Assembly (NCBI GenBank): GCA_963706575.1
Contig: CAVPNL010000021.1
Coordinates: 1-33,001 of the forward strand
DNA length: 33,001 nt
Direction: 5' to 3'
Source: an uncultured delta proteobacterium
GTDB taxonomy: Bacteria > Desulfobacterota > Desulfobacteria > Desulfobacterales > JAHEIW01
A program made the position numbers and the translations under genes. The notes beneath the pieces were generated by a model. The model saw only the letters and a list, made by a program, of their open reading frames with translations, had not been told where the DNA came from and did no database searches. Shown in pieces: positions 1 to 7,258 of the stretch; position 1 is the stretch's first letter, and every line of letters starts with the position of its first letter.

Positions 1-184
1 AATTCTCATTTTTTATATATATCGGTTGCAAATCTGAAATAAATTACCTACCCCAAAAGTGTGGATATCATAATCAAGTATACGTCAGGATAATTGATTT
101 TATGTTTTAGCCCGTTCGTAACTTTTCCTAACCCTCTTATTTAGCTTGAGAAATAGGGTTGAATAAAAGTTCTTACAATTGTAC

Positions 185-198
185 GTCCTGGGGAGCCA
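185..198 (+). repeat. tRNA-Asn-like 3' end fragment (GTCCTGGGGAGCCA), possible att site, copy 1
   Basis: Acceptor-stem 3' half, discriminator G and CCA as in bacterial tRNA-Asn; directly followed by a terminator hairpin; no tRNA 5' half upstream. Confidence 0.6.
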
Positions 199-204
199 AA
201 TTTT

Positions 205-232
205 AAAGGCCCAATCGTTTGATTGGGCCTTT
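205..232 (+). terminator. Intrinsic terminator hairpin
   Basis: AAAGGCCCAATC-GTTT-GATTGGGCCTTT perfect 12-bp stem. Confidence 0.75.
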
Positions 233-247
233 CTCATTTGTTTGTTC

Positions 248-436
248 ATGAAATATTGGGTTTACATCATCCAGAGCCAATCAACAGGCAGATATTATTG
301 TGGATACAGCGATAATGTAGAATGCCGTGTAAACCAACATAACGATCCTGAATACCGTGGGAGCCGGATTACCACCGGCTCCGCGGTTTCGGCCTGCGGC
401 CGACTGGGGAGCCAATTTTACGAGGCTCAATCGTAG
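248..436 (+). pseudogene. Truncated small GIY-YIG nuclease
   Basis: MKYWVYIIQS...GRYYCGYSDNVECRVNQHN matches the GIY-YIG N-terminal motifs; the C-terminal half with the catalytic Glu is missing and the frame runs into the tRNA-like repeat. Confidence 0.75.
404..414 (+). repeat. tRNA-Asn-like 3' end fragment (CTGGGGAGCCA), copy 2
   Basis: Direct repeat of 188-198, again followed by a terminator. Confidence 0.6.
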
Positions 437-452
437 TCGATTGAGCCTTTTT
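423..452 (+). terminator. Intrinsic terminator, related to the hairpin at 205-232
   Basis: AGGCTCAATCG-TAGT-CGATTGAGCCT followed by a T-tract. Confidence 0.75.
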
Positions 453-720
453 CATTAAACACAAAAGGGGTCAAAGCGGGACCCTTGATGCACACCTTAA
501 TTTGTTAAAATCAAGACGTGTAATCCCGCGTTCAAGCGGGAAACCTGATCTGAGGTTTTGAAACCACTTCTAATCACTGGAAAAGGGCCGACCTAACAAA
601 GGTCTTCCTTCAAGAGGAAAATTATTTCTAATTCAGTCAACTTGTAATTTTACCACGCCTGGGTTATTTTGATCCTGTTATTTTGCCCTAAAAAAGTGAT
701 TTATTTCTGTGAGAAATCAT

Positions 721-1443
721 ATGTCAAAAAAGATCCTCATAATTGAAGATAACCGGGATCTCGCCCATCTTCTTGAAAGTCACCTTCGGGATTTGGCATT
801 TCAGGTGGATTTGTCGTTTGACGGAATCGCAGGCCTTGCCAAGGCGGATTCCGATAATTACGATTTAGTTATTCTTGACCTGACGCTTCCGGGTCTTGAT
901 GGCATAGAAATTTGTCAGCGTCTGCGTCGTAAGTCTTCCTATGTACCGATTTTGATGCTCACGGCAAAGTCTTCGGAAATGGACCGCGTGGTGGGCCTGG
1001 AGGTCGGAGCGGACGACTACGTTACGAAACCCTTTTCTATCCGGGAACTTCTTGCCAGGGTAAAGGCCATCTTTCGGCGGGTAGATGAATTAACGGATGG
1101 GGCCAAAGAGGATTTGCCGGCCGTCATTCGGAGCGGAGACCTGGTTATTGATCCGATAAAAAGAAGTGCTCATATCGCGGGCCGCACGGTTGATCTAACA
1201 GCAAAGGAATTTGACCTGCTGCTGCATTTTGCGCGTAATCCCGGAAAAGTGTACACGCGATCCCAGTTGTTGGACATCGTGTGGGGGTACGGGCATGAAG
1301 GATACGAACACACTGTCAATTCGCATATTAATCGACTACGCGCTAAGATCGAAGAAGATCCCGCCCGCCCTGCATACGTACTAACCGTATGGGGGGTAGG
1401 TTACAAGTTTATTGATATCGAAATTTCGCAAGTACTTCACTGA
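721..1443 (+). CDS. OmpR/PhoB-family response regulator
   Basis: Receiver domain (IIEDN, LVILDLTLPG, KPF) plus winged-helix C-terminus (TVNSHINRLRAKIE, TVWGVGYKF); ATG at 721, alternative GTG at 709. Confidence 0.95.
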   Translation: MSKKILIIEDNRDLAHLLESHLRDLAFQVDLSFDGIAGLAKADSDNYDLVILDLTLPGLDGIEICQRLRRKSSYVPILMLTAKSSEMDRVVGLEVGADDYVTKPFSIRELLARVKAIFRRVDELTDGAKEDLPAVIRSGDLVIDPIKRSAHIAGRTVDLTAKEFDLLLHFARNPGKVYTRSQLLDIVWGYGHEGYEHTVNSHINRLRAKIEEDPARPAYVLTVWGVGYKFIDIEISQVLH

Positions 1444-2924
1444 TGGTTAAATCACTATACACAAAACTTGCAATCGTATTGCTCCTGCTGTTTTGTTTGC
1501 TGGGGGTAACCATATTGATTGTAACCCAGTTTGCCTCGGACATGTATCAGCAGGAGGTTGTCCAGAAACTTAACAGGGATTTGGCCAAACAAATCGTCGC
1601 TCAAAAGATCCTGATGGAGGATAATCGAATTAGCGAGAAAGGGCTTAAAGATGTCTTTTACATGCTAATGGTGGTCAATCCCAGCATTGAAATTTATCTC
1701 CTCAATCCTGCCGGTAAAATTTTGGCTTTTTCAGCACCACCCGGCAAAGTGAAATTGGATCGTGTTGATTTAGTGCCGATAAAAAAATGGTTTGAAGACG
1801 ACATTGTATACCCGTTAACCGGTGATGACCCCCGCAACCCCGCAAGAAAAAAAGTTTTCTCCGTAGCCCGCATTCCCGAACAGGGGCAACTTCAGGCATA
1901 TCTCTACATTATTTTAGGCGGAGAGATTTTCGACAGCATCGCCCAGAAACTAAGAGGCAGCTACATAATGCAGTTGAGCGCCTGGTGGATCATGGCAAGC
2001 TTACTCTTTGCCCTGATAACGGGATTGCTTTTGTTTGCCTACCTGACCCGCAGGCTTAAACGCCTGGCCATTGCCATGGATTCATTTGACATGACGCAGA
2101 CGACTTCCCGATTGCAATCAATTCATAGACAGGACCGGCAGCACGGCGACGAAATTGACCGTTTGGCTTTTACTTTTAAACAGTTAGTTGATCGTATTCA
2201 AATTCAGATGGAAAATTTAAAACAAGCCGACAGCATGCGTCGAGAACTTGTTGCCAATGTGTCCCATGATCTGCGAACACCGCTGGCGACACTGCAGGGA
2301 TACATTGAAACGCTTTTGCTAAAAAATAAGCACCTGAGCGAGAAAGATCGACAACATCATCTTGAAATTGCCATACAACATTGTCAGCGGCTCAGCAATC
2401 TGGTCGATGAGCTATTTGAACTGGCAAAGCTGGACTCGCGTGAGATTCAGGTCCAGTGTGAGCCGTTTAATATCAGCGAACTGGCTCATGATGTGGTGCA
2501 AAAGTTTAATTTATCCGCTGAAGAGAGGCAAATCACCATTCAAATCGACCATAATCAACATCTTCCGTTTGCAAATGCCGACATCGCCATGATTGAGAGA
2601 GTTATCGAAAACCTCTTGGATAATGCTGTGCGTCACACCTCTCCAGGTGGATCGATTCGACTTTCATTCGGTGCCCAAAATGGTGATATATCAGTCTGTA
2701 TCCGTGATACCGGCTGCGGTATCCCCGCGGAAGATTTGCCTCATATTTTTGACCGTTTTTATCATAGCGATAGAACTCGTGAAAGCAAAGCGGGTTATTC
2801 CGGGCTCGGATTGGCTATTGCCAAGCGTATACTCGAATTACATAACAAATCCATAATGGTCGAAAGTAAAGCCGGATCCGGGACAACATTTACATTTTTC
2901 TTGCCTGTCTATCACCCTGCCTAG
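1443..2924 (+). CDS. HAMP-domain sensor histidine kinase
   Basis: Two TM segments, periplasmic domain, HAMP, H-box SHDLRTPL, N-box NLLDNA, G-boxes DTGCGI and GLGLAI; overlaps the regulator stop (TGATG). Confidence 0.95.
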   Translation: MVKSLYTKLAIVLLLLFCLLGVTILIVTQFASDMYQQEVVQKLNRDLAKQIVAQKILMEDNRISEKGLKDVFYMLMVVNPSIEIYLLNPAGKILAFSAPPGKVKLDRVDLVPIKKWFEDDIVYPLTGDDPRNPARKKVFSVARIPEQGQLQAYLYIILGGEIFDSIAQKLRGSYIMQLSAWWIMASLLFALITGLLLFAYLTRRLKRLAIAMDSFDMTQTTSRLQSIHRQDRQHGDEIDRLAFTFKQLVDRIQIQMENLKQADSMRRELVANVSHDLRTPLATLQGYIETLLLKNKHLSEKDRQHHLEIAIQHCQRLSNLVDELFELAKLDSREIQVQCEPFNISELAHDVVQKFNLSAEERQITIQIDHNQHLPFANADIAMIERVIENLLDNAVRHTSPGGSIRLSFGAQNGDISVCIRDTGCGIPAEDLPHIFDRFYHSDRTRESKAGYSGLGLAIAKRILELHNKSIMVESKAGSGTTFTFFLPVYHPA

Positions 2925-2958
2925 AAGGTATTTCAAAACCCCATCTCTATTAAATTTT

Positions 2959-3017
2959 GTTACAAAAAAGTTATATTTTCGTGATGACCTCGTGATTCAC
3001 TCCAATTACCTTATAAT
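2959..3017 (+). promoter_or_regulatory. Putative OmpR-type operator (four direct repeats, 11-bp period) plus -10 box
   Basis: GTTAC 2959, GTTAT 2970, GTGAT 2981, GTGAT 2992; perfect TATAAT at 3012-3017 with no consensus -35. Confidence 0.6.
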
Positions 3018-3088
3018 TCACCGGACGGCGGATAAGGACTAAATATAATCACTTCTAAACAAAACCACTTTCAGAGAAAGGCACTGCT

Positions 3089-3745
3089 GTGAAAACGCGA
3101 CGTCAATTCATCAAACTTATATTGGGTTTTTCAAGCGGCATGGGGATGGTATTCAGTCCAATTGCCAATGGGATCCAAGTTGTTTTCGCGAAAGCAAAAA
3201 AGATGATCCTGCCGAAAGGGACTCGCATGGACAGCCTTGTCGGTAAAAACCCCGCCAACCTGGACACCCGGAATTTGGACCTGACTCCGGTGCAAGCGTT
3301 TGAGACCATGGGTTTAGACGATCACGAGGTCAATTTTAAAAAGTGGCAGCTTGAAATAGACGGTCAGGTTCAGCGCTCCCTGAGACTCACTTATGATCAA
3401 ATAGTAGAAATGCCATCGATTGAAAGAAATGTTCTTTTGATCTGCCCGGGGTTTTTCGCTTATCACGCGCGTTGGAAGGGTATTTCCGTGGCCAAATTAT
3501 TAGAAACAGCCGGGGTGGGCCCTGGTGTAACCGATGTTACCTTCAGCGGCCCGAATGGAAGGTATGAAAAAACCGGGCGATTCCCCATAGAGGACATCAT
3601 CGCAGACAAAGTGTTTTTGGCATACCGTGTAAATGACAGCGTATTGCCCAAAAAGCACGGATTTCCCCTGCGGGTTGTGGCGGAGGACTATTATGGGGGG
3701 GACTGGGTGAAATATGTATATAAAGTCACTGCTAATAAATCATAA
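3089..3745 (+). CDS. Molybdopterin-dependent oxidoreductase (sulfite oxidase/MsrP-like) with Tat signal
   Basis: TRRQFIK twin-arginine motif; WQLEIDGQV, LLICPG (Mo-ligand Cys), ARWKGIS, LPKKHGFPLRVV, WVKYV motifs. Confidence 0.85.
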   Translation: MKTRRQFIKLILGFSSGMGMVFSPIANGIQVVFAKAKKMILPKGTRMDSLVGKNPANLDTRNLDLTPVQAFETMGLDDHEVNFKKWQLEIDGQVQRSLRLTYDQIVEMPSIERNVLLICPGFFAYHARWKGISVAKLLETAGVGPGVTDVTFSGPNGRYEKTGRFPIEDIIADKVFLAYRVNDSVLPKKHGFPLRVVAEDYYGGDWVKYVYKVTANKS

Positions 3746-3791
3746 CTGTTTGTTATTACTAATTTAAATTCATTTTAAGGAGAAAATTACA

Positions 3792-4100
3792 ATGAACACC
3801 ATTGAAAAATTCTGCGTCGGTTTAGTGCCGATACTTTTCCTGATCACTTTGCCTCTGGTTGACGGTTATCGGCCGGCTCATGCTGAGAGTCCGGAACTAT
3901 CCACTGCTGTCTTTTATGTTCAGTGATACGATGTCGGCGAGACAGCCCTGGAGGGGTTGGAAGGGATTAAACGGATTGAAAAAGGATTTCACAACTCCAA
4001 AGAGATCAACACCGTCTATTATGAGGCCTCAAAAATTACGATTGAAGAAATGGAGGACGCTCTCAAGAAAGCGGAAACCTACCAGGGAACCGTAAAATAG
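3792..4100 (+). CDS. Putative exported selenoprotein, mini-MsrA/HMA-like (102 aa, UGA at codon 45)
   Basis: RBS AAGGAG before ATG 3792; signal peptide ending AHA; in-frame TGA 3924-3926 in TAVFYVQ-U-YDVGE; frame stays open to TAG 4098-4100; SECIS-like hairpin follows. Confidence 0.75.
3943..3959 (+). promoter_or_regulatory. Candidate bacterial SECIS element
   Basis: CAGCCCT-GGA-GGGGTTG stem-loop beginning 16 nt after the UGA, with G at the start of the apical loop. Confidence 0.55.
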
Positions 4101-4126
4101 GATGATACCCAAACAGGTTAAAAGAA

Positions 4127-4705
4127 ATGAATAATAAGGCTAAAACTTCCTCGAATGCAGTCAATCCCCGGATTTGGCTTGAAGAATATCATGAATCTCT
4201 TTTTAAATATGCGCTTGCCCGGCTGCGGGATGCTGATCTTGCTGAAGAGAGCATCCAGGAAACTTTCTTGGCTGCCCTTCAATCGCAGAAAGGGTTTCAG
4301 GGTCTGGCATCTGAAAAAACATGGTTAATTAGTATTCTAAAAAGAAAGATTTACGATCATTTCCGAAGAATAGGCCGAGACAAGCAAATTAAAATGAGCT
4401 TTCCTATGGAGCGCTTAAGGAATGATGTCTTTGATAGCGGCAGAATACCTGCTGTCAGATCTCGTATTTGGTTTTCCGATCCTTCAATGGTTTACGAGCA
4501 AAAAGAATTCCTGAAAATTATTAAGCATGCTTTATCGGAATTACCCGACCGCACGGCGCAGGCTTTTATTCTTCGCGAAGTAGTAGAGTTGAGCAGCCAG
4601 GAAATATGTGAATTCATGGATATCAGCATTTACAATCTTTATGTGATGGTGCACCGCGCCCGGAAGCATCTAAGAGACGACTTGCAACTGAAATGGCTTC
4701 ATTAA
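4127..4705 (+). CDS. ECF RNA polymerase sigma factor
   Basis: Region 2 (LAEESIQETFLAA, FQGLASEKTWLISIL) and region 4 (ALSELP, AFILRE, SSQEIC, HRARKHLR). Confidence 0.9.
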   Translation: MNNKAKTSSNAVNPRIWLEEYHESLFKYALARLRDADLAEESIQETFLAALQSQKGFQGLASEKTWLISILKRKIYDHFRRIGRDKQIKMSFPMERLRNDVFDSGRIPAVRSRIWFSDPSMVYEQKEFLKIIKHALSELPDRTAQAFILREVVELSSQEICEFMDISIYNLYVMVHRARKHLRDDLQLKWLH

Positions 4706-4757
4706 ATTGAAAAATCCAACCACTAAAAAATGATAATTACCCAAGAAAGGAGCAGTC

Positions 4758-5099
4758 ATGAAAAAATCATCTATGAAATACATAAAAGGATCCGTGTTTG
4801 TAATATTCGCTATTTATGCCGTTATGATCTCTAGTGGCTTTGCTATTGCTGGAGACTATTCAATGCAGAAAAACCTGACTGATATCGCCGACCTCATGTC
4901 GAAATGGTCAAAGCAATTAAGCACTGGAAAATTGGACTCCAATACCCAGGAAAAATTAGGCGAGATCATGTCCCAGACAAGCGAGGTACTACGTGATATG
5001 ACCATGCAAGGTCAAGGCGACATGCATATGGAGTATCACAATAAAATAATGGAAATGGAAAAGGCATGGGATCCATTCGATACTTCAGATAAGATGTGA
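4758..5099 (+). CDS. Secreted methionine-rich helical hypothetical protein
   Basis: RBS AAGGAG; signal peptide ending AIA; 10 Met in the 82-aa mature part. Confidence 0.75.
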   Translation: MKKSSMKYIKGSVFVIFAIYAVMISSGFAIAGDYSMQKNLTDIADLMSKWSKQLSTGKLDSNTQEKLGEIMSQTSEVLRDMTMQGQGDMHMEYHNKIMEMEKAWDPFDTSDKM

Positions 5100-5181
5100 T
5101 CAATTCAGAAATATCAAGTTGTAATCGGGAGAGGTAGGTTTTGGTCCGTATTGCAGCCCCGATGAGAAACCGAAAAAATTG

Positions 5182-5213
5182 AAGGCCCAATCAATCCTGA
5201 TTGGGCCTTTTTT
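5182..5213. terminator. Terminator between the accessory operon and convergent aspS
   Basis: AAGGCCCAATCA-ATCC-TGATTGGGCCTT plus T-tract; same stem as 205-232. Confidence 0.8.
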
Positions 5214-5239
5214 ATAATCGGACAGTAGCTAATAAACCA

Positions 5240-7027
5240 TCATTTCGTGATGGGCTTCAGCTTGAGATAGAGTTCATCCAGCTGGATTTTGCTGGTTTCC
5301 GACGGCGCCCGGGTGAGCAGACAGGCCGCCTTTTGGGTTTTTGGAAAAGCAATCACATCCCGAATGGATGATTCACCGCACATCAGCATCACCAGACGGT
5401 CATAGCCAATGGCGATGCCGCCATGGGGCGGCGCGCCGGAATCCAGCGCTTCAAGTAAGAATCCGAACTTGCCTTTATAGGTCTTACGGTCCATATTCAG
5501 GGCCTCAAATATTTTTTCCTGAATGCTGCGATGATGGATCCGGATGCTGCCGCCGCCGATTTCAAAACCGTTCAAAACCAGATCGTAGGCCCTGCTTTTT
5601 ACGGCAAGCGGTTCATCTTTGAGACGCTCGTAATCCTCCTCCAGAGGGGACGTAAACGGATGATGCAGCGCCTGCAGCCGCTTTTCGGTTTCATCATATT
5701 CAAACATTGGAAACCGTGTCACCCACAAAAAATGATATTCTTTTTCATCGATCAGACCCAGGGTCTTGCCCAGGTGATTTCGAAGATGGCCCAGGGCCTC
5801 ATTGACCACCTTGGGCTGATCGGCGACAAAAAATATCAGGTCCCCCGGTTCCATATCGATGCGTTCGGCCAGTGCTTGTTTTTCCTCATCCGAAAAGAAT
5901 TTTACGATCGGAGATTGCCATTCATTTTCTTTGACCTTTATCCAGGCCATCCCTTTTGCTCGGTAAACAGCTACAAAATCTGTCAAATCATCAATTTCCT
6001 TGCGCGAAAAATTAATGCAGCCCTTTGCATTTAAGGCTTTGACAATGCCTCCTTTTTTCACCGCATTGGCAAATACCTTAAAATTTGAACCGGCAACGAT
6101 GTCGGAAATATCTTTGAGCTCAAGGCCGAAACGGGTATCGGGTTTATCCAAACCATAACGCCCGACGGATTCGTCATAGGTCAGCTGTGCAAAAGGCCGC
6201 TTGAGTTTTATTCCGAGAATGCGCTTAAAAAGCTGGGTCATCATGCCCTCGGCAAGGCTCATGACATCGTCTTCCCCCACAAAAGACATTTCAATATCGA
6301 TCTGGGTAAATTCCGGCTGACGATCCGCCCGCAGGTCCTCATCCCGAAAGCAACGCACAATTTGATAATAGCGGTCAAATCCGGATATCATAAAAAGCTG
6401 TTTGAATATTTGCGGCGATTGCGGCAGGGCATAAAACTCGCCCGGATTCACGCGGCTGGGAACCAGATAGTCCCTGGCCCCCTCGGGAGTGCTGCGGGTT
6501 AAAAACGGCGTTTCCAGATCGAGAAAACCGTTTTTGTTGAGATATTCTCTAACCGCAGCCGTAACCTGATGTCGCAGAATGAGATTATTCTGCATTTCGG
6601 ATCGACGCAGATCCAGATGACGGTATTTGAGCCGGACCGTTTCGGAGGCATCGATCTCATCTTCGATGAGAAAAGGCGGTGTTTTGGCCGCGTTTAAAAT
6701 CTTGAGTTCCGTTACCGTAACTTCAATCTCGCCGGTCTTTAGCTTGGGATTCACCATATCGGCCGGGCGGGGATCGACTTTGCCGCGCACGGCCAGCACA
6801 TATTCATTGCGGATCGCATGCGCTTTGGCATGGATTTTTTTGTCTACAAGTGGATTAAATACGACCTGGGTGATGCCTTCCCGGTCGCGAAGATCTACGA
6901 ATATGACACCGCCATGATCCCTGCGCCGATGGACCCAGCCCATCAAAACCACTTCCGTGTCGACGTCATCTGCACCAAGCTCCCAGCAATGATGCGTTCT
7001 GCGCATGTTACCTAGTTGATCGGGCAA
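5240..7027 (-). CDS. aspS: Aspartate--tRNA ligase (probably non-discriminating Asp/Asn)
   Basis: RRRDHGG, STPEGARDYLVPSR, LPQSPQ, FRDEDLRADRQPEFTQ, GGGSIRIH, PPHGGIA; TTG start with AAGGAG RBS. Confidence 0.97.
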   Translation of the reverse strand: MPDQLGNMRRTHHCWELGADDVDTEVVLMGWVHRRRDHGGVIFVDLRDREGITQVVFNPLVDKKIHAKAHAIRNEYVLAVRGKVDPRPADMVNPKLKTGEIEVTVTELKILNAAKTPPFLIEDEIDASETVRLKYRHLDLRRSEMQNNLILRHQVTAAVREYLNKNGFLDLETPFLTRSTPEGARDYLVPSRVNPGEFYALPQSPQIFKQLFMISGFDRYYQIVRCFRDEDLRADRQPEFTQIDIEMSFVGEDDVMSLAEGMMTQLFKRILGIKLKRPFAQLTYDESVGRYGLDKPDTRFGLELKDISDIVAGSNFKVFANAVKKGGIVKALNAKGCINFSRKEIDDLTDFVAVYRAKGMAWIKVKENEWQSPIVKFFSDEEKQALAERIDMEPGDLIFFVADQPKVVNEALGHLRNHLGKTLGLIDEKEYHFLWVTRFPMFEYDETEKRLQALHHPFTSPLEEDYERLKDEPLAVKSRAYDLVLNGFEIGGGSIRIHHRSIQEKIFEALNMDRKTYKGKFGFLLEALDSGAPPHGGIAIGYDRLVMLMCGESSIRDVIAFPKTQKAACLLTRAPSETSKIQLDELYLKLKPITK

Positions 7028-7068
7028 TATAAGCTCCTTGTTTTATTAGCTCTATCGGTTTATGAAGT

Positions 7069-7239
7069 TTGATAATCTCGTAAAAAGTCAGAAAAGCATC
7101 CTTTTTCCAAGTGTGTTTTGTATTTGGTGTTTAGTGTTTAGTATTCTAACATACCGATATAGCATCATATACTTCATTCTAAACACAAAACACCAGACAC
7201 CAAACACTTGATGAATTCGACTTTTTACGAATTCATCAA
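7069..7239. mobile_element. MITE-like element with ~21-bp terminal inverted repeats and an internal heptamer palindrome
   Basis: TTGATAATCTCGTAAAAAGTC (7069-7089) versus GACTTTTTACGAATTCATCAA (7219-7239); inner TGTTTAG units versus C(T/C)AAACA units. Confidence 0.65.
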
Positions 7240-7258
7240 TTTTGGCCAACAAATCAAA

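Noticed and set aside
179..247. N-terminal extension of the GIY-YIG ORF
   Set aside because: Runs through the tRNA fragment and terminator; family-like sequence starts at ATG 248
130..420. Complete tRNA gene
   Set aside because: Only 11-14 nt of 3' end; no D-arm, anticodon arm or intact TTCGA T-loop
467..545. Small GC hairpins (GGGTC...GACCC; TCCCGC-GTTCAA-GCGGGA) as an ncRNA
   Set aside because: Too short and with no recognisable family motif; more likely REP-like remnants
3859..4095. 78-aa ORF in the ORF track
   Set aside because: No RBS and no recognisable motifs; it is an off-frame shadow of the UGA read-through gene 3792-4100
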